NCBI GenBank assembly: GCA_964573055.1
Contig: CAZNIG010000030.1
Span: 20,699-84,698 of the forward strand
Direction of reading: 5' to 3'
Length of the DNA: 64,000 nt
Source: an uncultured Dehalococcoidia bacterium
GTDB lineage: Bacteria > Chloroflexota > Dehalococcoidia > Lucifugimonadales > UBA2985
The notes beneath the pieces were generated by a model, which was not told where the DNA came from, made no database searches, and saw nothing but the letters and a program-made list of their open reading frames with translations. The position numbers and the translations under genes were made by a program. Below are positions 10,030 to 17,924 of the stretch, one piece after another (positions within the stretch are counted from its first letter, which is position 1; each line of letters opens with the position of its first letter).

Positions 10030-10263
10030 TTAGAACAACCATTGAGGGCGTATAGCGCTCATAATTGCCAGAAGTGTGAACAGTACTGCTAGTACTACCG
10101 TGAATTGGAATAGTGTTTTTTCCACTCCGCGACGTGTGCGAAAAGATGCCTGAGCAGAACCAAAGAAGCCAGAACCTTGGCCGCGAACTTGAATTAGAAT
10201 TACAGCGATTAATAACAATGCCACTAGTATTTGGGATGCTTGGAAGAAAGAATCCATTATCAA
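10030..10263 (-). CDS. secG: Preprotein translocase subunit SecG
   Basis: About 75 aa with two TM helices flanking a Gly-rich loop ('IQVRGQGSGFFGSAQASF'). The start is TTG 10263 or, perhaps more likely, ATG 10257. Confidence 0.8.
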   Translation of the reverse strand: MIMDSFFQASQILVALLLIAVILIQVRGQGSGFFGSAQASFRTRRGVEKTLFQFTVVLAVLFTLLAIMSAIRPQWLF

Positions 10264-11747
10264 TAGTCTCCTGAGTTCAATTTATCTAAGAGAATTTTGT
10301 TGACCAAGGACGGATTAGCTCTGCCTCTTGTTTCTTTCATAACTTGTCCGACAAGAAATTGAGATGCACTTGCTTTGCCGGCAGCGAAATCCTTTATTGC
10401 GGGTGGGTTATTCTGAAGTACTTTTTCTATGGCAGTATCAAGTAAGTCTACATTATTAATTTGTGTGAGATCATGATCGTTAGCAATGGCATGGGGCTCT
10501 TTACCAGAATTGAACATCTCGCCAAAGATTGTTTTGGCAGCAGGTCCATTAATGGTTCCAGACTCAATCATTTCTATGAAGGCCCCGAAATTATGCGGTG
10601 TGATGTATGACGCATCTAATTCAATATCCGATTCTTTAAGGAGGGCGGCGAGATCTCCTAAAATCCAATTGGCTGAGGTTTTGGCTTTAGTTGAGTCATC
10701 CTTGGATTGCTGTTGTGTTCCTTTTAGGCTTTCCTCGAAGAAATCTGCAGTGCCTTTTGATGTAGTTAGAAGTGCGGCATCGTATGTTGTAAGGCCGTAT
10801 TGTTTTGCTAATCTGTTGCGCTTTTGTGTAGGTAGCTCAGGCAATCTTAAGTTTATCTGTTCTATCCAGTCCTTGCTTATTTGGATTGGAGGTAGGTCAG
10901 GCTCGGGGATATATCTATAGTCGTTAGCATTCTCTTTTGTGCGCTGCGTGAATGTAATCTCTTTTTCTTCATCCCAGCCTCGGGTCTCCTGTACTATCGT
11001 GTCCCCGTCTTCTGTTAGCATTATTTGCCTAGTCTTTTCGAACTCCAAGGCCTGATAGACTGAATGTATGCTATTGAGATTTTTTATTTCCACTTTAGTA
11101 TTGAGAACTTTGCTGTTGATCGGACGGATGCTTATATTGGCATCACATCGAAAACTTCCGTCTTCCATGTTTCCTGTAGATACCCCTAGGTATTGAAGTA
11201 TTGACCTAAGTTCAGTCAAGTATTTACGGGCTTCATCTGCAGAATGCATGTCTGGTTCACTTACAGTTTCCATAAGAGCGATACCAGATCTATTGACGTC
11301 TATTAGGCTATAGTTTTCTCCGTTTTTTACCTTGTAATGGTGAAGCTTTGCCACATCTTCCTCTAAATGTACTCTAGTTATACCTATCGTCCTTTGCTTA
11401 CCATCTATGTCAACGCTCAGAGAGCCACCGAGCGCGATTGGGATATCGTACTGCGAAATTTGGTAACCCTTCATAAGATCTGGGTATGGATAATTTTTAC
11501 GATGGAATTGAGTTGTCTCAGCTATCTTTGAGTTTAGGGCTAATCCTGTCATTATCACGTATTCTACAGCTTGCCGGTTAATTACTGGCAAGACACCTGG
11601 CATAGCCAGACATACTGGGCACACAACTGTATTGGGGGCTGCTTTAAGGTAATCAGATGGACATCTGCAGAACATTTTACTCTTGGTTAGAAGTTGTGCA
11701 TGCACCTCTAGGCCGATTACCGCCTCGTACTTGTGGTTCTCAAGCAT
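10260..11747 (-). CDS. gatB: Asp-tRNA(Asn)/Glu-tRNA(Gln) amidotransferase subunit B
   Basis: 495 aa with 'YEAVIGLEVHAQL', 'RCDANISIR' and a C-terminal YqeY-like tail. No gatA or gatC is adjacent. Confidence 0.9.
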   Translation of the reverse strand: MLENHKYEAVIGLEVHAQLLTKSKMFCRCPSDYLKAAPNTVVCPVCLAMPGVLPVINRQAVEYVIMTGLALNSKIAETTQFHRKNYPYPDLMKGYQISQYDIPIALGGSLSVDIDGKQRTIGITRVHLEEDVAKLHHYKVKNGENYSLIDVNRSGIALMETVSEPDMHSADEARKYLTELRSILQYLGVSTGNMEDGSFRCDANISIRPINSKVLNTKVEIKNLNSIHSVYQALEFEKTRQIMLTEDGDTIVQETRGWDEEKEITFTQRTKENANDYRYIPEPDLPPIQISKDWIEQINLRLPELPTQKRNRLAKQYGLTTYDAALLTTSKGTADFFEESLKGTQQQSKDDSTKAKTSANWILGDLAALLKESDIELDASYITPHNFGAFIEMIESGTINGPAAKTIFGEMFNSGKEPHAIANDHDLTQINNVDLLDTAIEKVLQNNPPAIKDFAAGKASASQFLVGQVMKETRGRANPSLVNKILLDKLNSGDY

Positions 11748-12062
11748 AACCTTTTGTTTTCCTAACTTCGTGTCTGGCAGCTGGAGACAATTTTCTTGTG
11801 GCTCAGTTGGTCTAGGCCTTGGGATCGTCAGAGCGCCGTACTTTATCCGACTGATGGACTGATTTGACGAGACGGGTTAGGGGCTCACATAGTGTACCCT
11901 TAGGTCTTAGATGCATCTAATTCACTTTAGCCTAGTATGTTCGTAGCGGTTTGTAGCATCTATCAGTGCGAACGCCAGTATAGCAAAGCTGGTTGGGCGT
12001 ATCAAGGATGTAAGGTTATGAGAGGTCCAATTTATATTAAAGGCACTTTGTTTCAATTAGGA

Positions 12063-12467
12063 TTATAGGCCAGTTTTCTTGATTCTCCGTGCAGCGCGGC
12101 GCCACCAATTTTCTGGTGCATTGCCGGAATATTTTGATGTTATAACTCTACCACGCCATCTTTTTTCAACATTTTCTCGATTGCGCCCGCCTATCATAAG
12201 ACTAATTAACAGAAAGCCGATTAGACCTAACCAGATGATTGGGCCAATTATTCCAGGTATGATAGCGCTTACTAATATTGCAGTGAGTAGCAAGCATAGT
12301 CCGCCGAATAACATTCCTGATGTTCTGTCGTAAATACTCTTAATTCTTGTGCGAATTCCGTGGTCGAGAGATCTCAGGCTATCAATGCCATTATGGCTTT
12401 GATTGCCCTTTTCAACTCCAACATTTTCAAGAATTGATTCTATCTCATTCAAGTACTTGTCATCCAT
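12063..12467 (-). CDS. Hypothetical membrane protein (two TM helices, basic C-terminal tail)
   Basis: 134-aa ORF with an acidic cytoplasmic N-terminus, two hydrophobic helices (FGGLCLLLTAILVSAII / IIWLGLIGFLLISLMIG) and an Arg/Lys-rich tail. I recognise no family. Confidence 0.5.
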   Translation of the reverse strand: MDDKYLNEIESILENVGVEKGNQSHNGIDSLRSLDHGIRTRIKSIYDRTSGMLFGGLCLLLTAILVSAIIPGIIGPIIWLGLIGFLLISLMIGGRNRENVEKRWRGRVITSKYSGNAPENWWRRAARRIKKTGL

Positions 12468-12784
12468 GATTCACCCCGTGTTTTGTATGTGGAGCCGACA
12501 TATAATCTTATATGGACCATTGGTTTGTCTTGAACATGTTTTTATTATAGTATCTCGCAATTATTTTGGTAAGGTTAGCATTGCGGAGGTAGGCTATTAA
12601 GTATGGATGGTGAAAATATCTCTTTTTGTGACTCAAGTTTATCTGGCAATGAATTGGTAAGCTAGCTATTATTTACTGCCGGAATATCCGAATTACCAAG
12701 TATAAATCGGGCAGCTGATTTACCTGAAAATGGCACTACCATTTTTTGGGTCGAGACCTATTATACCCCTACTGGTGAATTCTA

Positions 12785-12813
12785 TTGACACCTAAACACT
12801 CTGGACATATAAT
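12785..12813 (+). promoter_or_regulatory. Sigma-70-type promoter for yceD-rpmF (TTGACA-N17-TATAAT)
   Basis: Perfect consensus hexamers: TTGACA at 12785-12790, a 17-nt spacer and TATAAT at 12808-12813. The SD GGAGGAAG lies at about 12843, before the ATG at 12854. Confidence 0.6.
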
Positions 12814-12853
12814 TCCCTTCCGTTGGCGAGGCTGACTATACTGGAGGAAGTGA

Positions 12854-13390
12854 ATGACGTTCAACGTAGCTCAGCTGTTGAAGGAAGGAATCGGGTCTAG
12901 CAGAAGCTACGAAGTTGGTGGGACTGTGAACCTCATGAATGACACTGGCAGAGCTGTGTTCTGGGGAGAGGTGACCCTCACGCGTACGGATAAGGGGATA
13001 TGGGCAAGCGGTCCGTTGAGCGCGACTGTAGAGGATACGTGTGGGAGGTGTTTGGACAAAGCTGAGGTATCGGTCAACTTTAGGATAGATGACGAATACC
13101 TACCTTTGGTAGATATCGAAACTGGAGCGATATCGGTCTTGGCGGAAGATACAGAGGATGCATTCATACTAGACACCCAGCATATTCTGGACTTGACCGA
13201 AGCTGCGAGGCAGTACATTATAGTTGCAATGCCGATGAATCCTCTGTGTATGGAAAATTGCGGTGGTATTTGCTACTCTTGCGGAACAAATCGAAATGGC
13301 GCGGCATGCCTCTGCTCTGATGCTAGGGACAGCCGCTGGAACTCTTTACTTGATTTCTCATTGTTAACGGAAAGGGACAGGAAAAGGTGA
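12854..13390 (+). CDS. yceD: DUF177/YceD-family protein (23S rRNA accumulation protein)
   Basis: 178 aa with the Cys clusters 'CGRCLD' and 'CMENCGGICYSCGTN'. It sits in the canonical position immediately upstream of rpmF. Confidence 0.75.
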   Translation: MTFNVAQLLKEGIGSSRSYEVGGTVNLMNDTGRAVFWGEVTLTRTDKGIWASGPLSATVEDTCGRCLDKAEVSVNFRIDDEYLPLVDIETGAISVLAEDTEDAFILDTQHILDLTEAARQYIIVAMPMNPLCMENCGGICYSCGTNRNGAACLCSDARDSRWNSLLDFSLLTERDRKR

Positions 13391-13394
13391 TCCT

Positions 13395-13598
13395 ATGGGC
13401 GCACTTCCAAAGAAAAAGCGTACTCGGGCTAGGATAGGTAACCGCCAAATATCGTACCGTGTTAGCATCCCGCAGTTTAGTCCATGCCCGCAGTGTCATG
13501 GTACTAGGAGACCGCATAGAGTCTGCGACACATGTGGATATTACAACGGCCGACAAGCCATAACTAAGACACTCCCCACAGAACAGCAGTCCGTCTAA
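13395..13598 (+). CDS. rpmF: 50S ribosomal protein L32
   Basis: 67 aa with 'ALPKKKRTRARIGNR' and the zinc-ribbon 'CPQCHGTRRPHRVCDTCGYY'. Confidence 0.92.
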   Translation: MGALPKKKRTRARIGNRQISYRVSIPQFSPCPQCHGTRRPHRVCDTCGYYNGRQAITKTLPTEQQSV

Positions 13599-13668
13599 TA
13601 AGCGGATATTTGGTTTCCTAAATGTTATATGGAGTGCAAGTAAAGTTGCGTCCCAAGAGGGGTGAATT

Positions 13669-14625
13669 TTGAGTAATAGGCCAGAGAATATTAATCAAAA
13701 CACTGGAGTGGCTTTCTTATTCCCGGGGCAGGGCTCGCAGTCAGTTGGTATGGGTCTTGATTTGTATCAAAACTCGCCGGCTGCAAGGGCTGTCTTCGAA
13801 GAGGTGGACGATTCGTTAGGTGTATCATTGTCCTACTTGCTTTTCAACGGCCCAGAGGAAGAGCTAACAAAGACAGTAAACGCCCAGCCAGCTATCATGG
13901 CAGTTAGCATTGCTTGTCTTAGGGGAATGGAGGATGCAATGGGCGAAGGCACAATGCCAGTGCCGTCACTTGTTGCAGGCCATAGCCTCGGTGAATATAC
14001 GGCGTTGGTTGCTGCAGGGGCCCTAAGTCTTGCCGATGGAGTTCGGTTGGTCAGAGAGCGTGGCAGGCTTATGCAATATGCTGCGGAGTTAAGGGATGGT
14101 GGAATGGCAGCTATACTTAGCTTAGACCACGACGTTTTGGAATCTGTGTGTCTTCAGACTGACACAGAGATATCTAACATCAACGCTCCAGATCAGATAG
14201 TAATAAGCGGTGAGCGTCAGTCTGTCGAGAAGGCAATGGAGTTAGCAACAGAAAAAGGCGCTAGGAGAACGGTGGCTCTAGCCGTTGCTGGGGCATTCCA
14301 CTCTAGGCTTATGGCACCTGCTCAAGAAGGCCTAGAGAAGATAGTTAATGAAGTGTCTTTTAGCCAACCCTCTGTACCATTGGTGGCAAACTGTACTGGT
14401 CAGGCGATCAGTGATGTTGACGACATAAAGGCAGAATTATTGGCGCAGCTTTGCTCGTGCGTAAGGTGGAGCCAATCCGTAGAGTATATGGCTAGATCTG
14501 GAATAAATTCGTTCTACGAAATTGGTCCAGGCAGAGTTATAAGCGGCATGGTAAAGCGAAATATACCCGATGCGGATGTGACTAGTGTCAGTGATTCGGA
14601 ATCAATAAAACAGGTCGCTAGCTAA
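13669..14625 (+). CDS. fabD: Malonyl-CoA:ACP transacylase
   Basis: 318 aa with 'FLFPGQGSQ', the active-site 'GHSLGEYTAL' and 'GAFHSRLM'. TTG start. Confidence 0.9.
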   Translation: MSNRPENINQNTGVAFLFPGQGSQSVGMGLDLYQNSPAARAVFEEVDDSLGVSLSYLLFNGPEEELTKTVNAQPAIMAVSIACLRGMEDAMGEGTMPVPSLVAGHSLGEYTALVAAGALSLADGVRLVRERGRLMQYAAELRDGGMAAILSLDHDVLESVCLQTDTEISNINAPDQIVISGERQSVEKAMELATEKGARRTVALAVAGAFHSRLMAPAQEGLEKIVNEVSFSQPSVPLVANCTGQAISDVDDIKAELLAQLCSCVRWSQSVEYMARSGINSFYEIGPGRVISGMVKRNIPDADVTSVSDSESIKQVAS

Positions 14626-14670
14626 CGAATCTCCTGCTGAAAAGGTGATAGCCAGAGAGTGGTCAAATAG

Positions 14671-15096
14671 ATGGGGAAAGACAATTTTCTGACTGGACGT
14701 CGGGCTGCTAGGCGGTCTGCGCTACAGGTGTTGTATGAGATTGACAGTGTTGGTCACTCTTGGGAAGATGTAGTCGGTCGTTTTAAGTCCGTCAGTGACC
14801 TGTCTGGCGAAGATTTTGTGTTCGCTCAGGAGCTACTGAATGGCGTACGGGAAAACTCAGGCTATATTGATGGGTTAATCTCTAGATTCGCTCAATCATG
14901 GCCGATGGATCAATTATCGCTCGTTGATAGGAGCCTTCTAAGGTTGGCTGTCTTCGAATTGGTTATCTATGGAGAATCCCCGTATAGAGTCGTGATAAAT
15001 GAAGCGGTAGAATTAGCAAAGAGTTTTGGAAGTGAAAACTCGTCTAAGTTCGTGAATGGAGTGCTGGGTTCCGTAGTAGCTTCAGCAAAAACGTAA
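14671..15096 (+). CDS. nusB: Transcription antitermination factor NusB
   Basis: 141 aa with '[16 protein letters not shown]' and '[13 protein letters not shown]...KFVNGVLG'. Confidence 0.85.
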   Translation: MGKDNFLTGRRAARRSALQVLYEIDSVGHSWEDVVGRFKSVSDLSGEDFVFAQELLNGVRENSGYIDGLISRFAQSWPMDQLSLVDRSLLRLAVFELVIYGESPYRVVINEAVELAKSFGSENSSKFVNGVLGSVVASAKT

Positions 15097-15131
15097 AACT
15101 AGGTCTCATTAATCTTGTAGGAGGTTTTAAG

Positions 15132-15392
15132 TTGGCAACAGTTTTAGAGCGTGTGCAGACAATAGTGGCAGAACGATTAGGGGTAGAAGAGTCGGCAGTG
15201 GTTCCAGCCGCTTCTTTCACAGAGGACTTGGAGGCTGATTCTTTGGATTTGGTTGATTTGATCCTTGCTTTGCAGGATGAATTCAGTACCGACGACAATC
15301 CAATCGAAATATCCGACGAAGATGCAGAGACCTTGGTAAAGGTGGAAGATGCATTGAACTATCTCAAGGAACATGGTGTGACCGACAACTAA
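15132..15392 (+). CDS. acpP: Acyl carrier protein
   Basis: 86 aa with the phosphopantetheine site '[19 protein letters not shown]'. TTG start. Confidence 0.9.
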   Translation: MATVLERVQTIVAERLGVEESAVVPAASFTEDLEADSLDLVDLILALQDEFSTDDNPIEISDEDAETLVKVEDALNYLKEHGVTDN

Positions 15393-15577
15393 CCTTCCTT
15401 GTGTGGCGGTGTAATGAGCACCGTGCCTCATAAGGAATTAACTATTTGAATCTGTCAATTGGGGCTAATGTAAAAGTGGGTGCGTGTTGTGGGGTCGAGG
15501 GCCTTACGGAAGGTACGCTTAGTCGGAAGTTGGATAGAATAGGCTGTCTAATTTCCAGCGTTGCCGTTTAGGTCTTG

Positions 15578-15606
15578 TTGACCACAAAGCTCACCCGTGC
15601 TATGAT
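15578..15606 (+). promoter_or_regulatory. Candidate promoter for the UDG-rnj-ftsK-accDA run (TTGACC-N17-TATGAT)
   Basis: TTGACC at 15578-15583, a 17-nt spacer and TATGAT at 15601-15606, about 40 nt upstream of the ATG at 15648. Confidence 0.45.
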
Positions 15607-15647
15607 CCGGCTAGAAACGATAAAGCCCCCGCCGCTGGTCTACATGG

Positions 15648-16241
15648 ATGGATAGCTTACCTCAGATAGACTTAGAGGTCTCAGTATGCAAGGCCTGCCC
15701 ACTTTCTCAAAATAGGACTACACCAGTGTCCGGAGAGGGTTCGGAGTCTGCGTCTGTGATGTTCATAGGGGAAGCCCCTGGATTTAATGAAGATAAGCTA
15801 GGGCGGCCTTTTGTTGGAGCAGCCGGGCAAGTTCTAGACTCACTGCTGGCATCTGTAGGGCTAAGCAGAGAGAGTGTATTCATCACCAACACCGTTAAGT
15901 GTCGTCCCGCTGACAACCGAGATCCACTACCCAATGAAATAACGGCGTGTCGCAATTTTCTAGACCGTCAGATAGCCCTCATCTCACCTAAAGTAATCGT
16001 GACTTTAGGCAGACATGCCTTGGCCAGCTTCGTGTCTGGGGAAACTATTGGAAAGGCCCACGGCAAATCCAGAGATATAAACGGGACTATTTTGTTTCCT
16101 ATGTATCACCCGGCGGCGGCGCTCCATCAAGGTGGGCTTCGGGCCGTGATTCAAGAAGATATGAAAAATTTATTGCCGCTCGTTATAGAAGAATCTGGTT
16201 CTGAATATGAGGAAAGCGGAGAACAAATGAGGTTGTTCTAG
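15648..16241 (+). CDS. Uracil-DNA glycosylase, family 4
   Basis: 197 aa with 'GEAPGFNEDKLGRPFVGAAGQ', an N-terminal Cys cluster and 'HPAAAL'. Confidence 0.8.
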   Translation: MDSLPQIDLEVSVCKACPLSQNRTTPVSGEGSESASVMFIGEAPGFNEDKLGRPFVGAAGQVLDSLLASVGLSRESVFITNTVKCRPADNRDPLPNEITACRNFLDRQIALISPKVIVTLGRHALASFVSGETIGKAHGKSRDINGTILFPMYHPAAALHQGGLRAVIQEDMKNLLPLVIEESGSEYEESGEQMRLF

Positions 16242-16249
16242 GGTTTATT

Positions 16250-17914
16250 ATGATTGAATCACTTAAGGTAATCCCTCTAGGCGGCTTAGGAGAAATCGGT
16301 AAGAACATGCTCGCGCTCGAATATCACGATGATATTATCGTGATAGACGCTGGGGTTCTGTTTCCGGAAGAGGGTATGCTCGGAGTAGATTTTGTAATTC
16401 CGGATATATCATACCTGCTCGAGAGGGCACATATGGTCAGGGGTATCGTGATAACACATGGTCACGAGGACCATATAGGAGCGCTCCCTTATGTATTGCG
16501 TGATTTGCCTGTTCCCGTATATGCTCCGCGGCTAGCTGCAGGGCTTATAGAGGTCAAGCTAAAGGAACACAGGCGCTCTTTAGGAGTAGATAGAGATTTC
16601 GTTAAACCTGTAGATCCTGGTATTCCTCTTAATTTCGGTCAGTTTTCTGTTGAGTGGTTTAGGGTTTGTCATAGCATACCTGATGCAATGGGGTTGGCTA
16701 TAAATACCCCTCTTGGTTTGGTTATTCATACGGGCGATTTCAAAATAGATTACACACCCGTAGACGGCAATCCCACGGATTTAAACAAGTTAGCTGATTT
16801 GTCTAAAGACGGGGTTCTGCTATTGTTGTCAGATTCTACATATGCAGAGGTTCCTGGATACACCAAATCTGAGAAGGTAGTGGGAGATGCTCTGGAAAGA
16901 GTTATTGCTACGGCAGAAGGCAGAGTTATGATTGCCAGCTTTGCCTCGCTTATATCGCGGATGCAAGTGGTGATTGATGCCGCCCAGGCTAATGGTCGTA
17001 GAGTTGCTTTTGTTGGTCGTAGCATGGTGGATAACGTTAACATGGCCTTGAAGATGGGGTATATTTCCGATCCGGCTCGGGTGATTACAACCATTAAGGA
17101 AGTTGGAAATTTGCCTGCTAATGAGGTCATAATAATGACTACAGGTAGCCAAGGAGAACCCACTTCGGCGTTGGTCAGAATTGCCAATGATGAACACCGA
17201 GAAGTTAGTATAATGAGCGGAGACACGGTGGTGATATCTGCTACACCAATTCCAGGCAATGAGACTCTTGTAAGCAAGACTATAGATAATCTATTTCGGA
17301 AAGGGGCCCAAGTTCTTTATGACAAAATAGCTACGGTCCATGTTCATGGGCATGCTAGCCAAGAAGAGCTTAAATTGATTCTGAATTTGACTAGTCCAAG
17401 ATATTTTGTGCCTGTGCATGGGCAGCATAGGCACTTGAAATCGCATGCACATCTAGCCAATGATCTAGGCACACCACACCAGAACATATTTGTTTTGGAG
17501 GACGGTGACGTATTGGAAATATCACACAATGGGGCATCTGTTGTAGGTCATGTGCCTTCTGGACCTATATATTTGGATGGGCGTCGTATCTGGGGTTTGG
17601 AAAATACAGTTCTCGACGAAAGAAGGGCTCTATCACGCGATGGTTTTGTGGTAGTTAATATCACTATAGAAAAAGGTGGAGCCACTGTTCTTAGTACACC
17701 AGAAATAGTTTCCATGGGCTTTATAGACATTGATGAGAATGACGAGTTGATGAACGAAGCGCGCATTCTCATATTGGATATTTTCAATGAATCTCAGAAT
17801 GAAACCAACTTTGTTGATAATATCGTGACAAAAATCAAGGAAGTCGTCGGAGGATTTCTTCGTAAGGAAACAGGGCGTCGTCCGGTAATAATTCCTATGG
17901 TAGTGGAAGTATAA
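16250..17914 (+). CDS. rnj: Ribonuclease J
   Basis: 554 aa with the metallo-beta-lactamase motif 'ITHGHEDHIGALPY' and a beta-CASP region ('HVHGHASQEEL', 'VPVHGQHRH'). Confidence 0.9.
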   Translation: MIESLKVIPLGGLGEIGKNMLALEYHDDIIVIDAGVLFPEEGMLGVDFVIPDISYLLERAHMVRGIVITHGHEDHIGALPYVLRDLPVPVYAPRLAAGLIEVKLKEHRRSLGVDRDFVKPVDPGIPLNFGQFSVEWFRVCHSIPDAMGLAINTPLGLVIHTGDFKIDYTPVDGNPTDLNKLADLSKDGVLLLLSDSTYAEVPGYTKSEKVVGDALERVIATAEGRVMIASFASLISRMQVVIDAAQANGRRVAFVGRSMVDNVNMALKMGYISDPARVITTIKEVGNLPANEVIIMTTGSQGEPTSALVRIANDEHREVSIMSGDTVVISATPIPGNETLVSKTIDNLFRKGAQVLYDKIATVHVHGHASQEELKLILNLTSPRYFVPVHGQHRHLKSHAHLANDLGTPHQNIFVLEDGDVLEISHNGASVVGHVPSGPIYLDGRRIWGLENTVLDERRALSRDGFVVVNITIEKGGATVLSTPEIVSMGFIDIDENDELMNEARILILDIFNESQNETNFVDNIVTKIKEVVGGFLRKETGRRPVIIPMVVEV

Positions 17915-17924
17915 GGTTAAATAA

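Noticed and set aside
11798-11840. A tRNA-like D-arm sequence, GGCTCAGTTGGTCTAGGCC.
   Set aside because: No acceptor stem, anticodon stem or GTTCRANYC T-loop can be formed on either strand.
16750-17277. Long antisense ORFs inside well-supported genes: 175 aa opposite rnj, and similarly 32063-32563 opposite the R3H ATPase, 18950-19438 opposite ftsK, 10486-10920 opposite gatB and 1084-1473 opposite nuoL.
   Set aside because: Their translations are low-complexity and Ser/Pro/Arg-rich with no motifs. They lie exactly opposite strongly conserved coding frames, which is typical of shadow ORFs.
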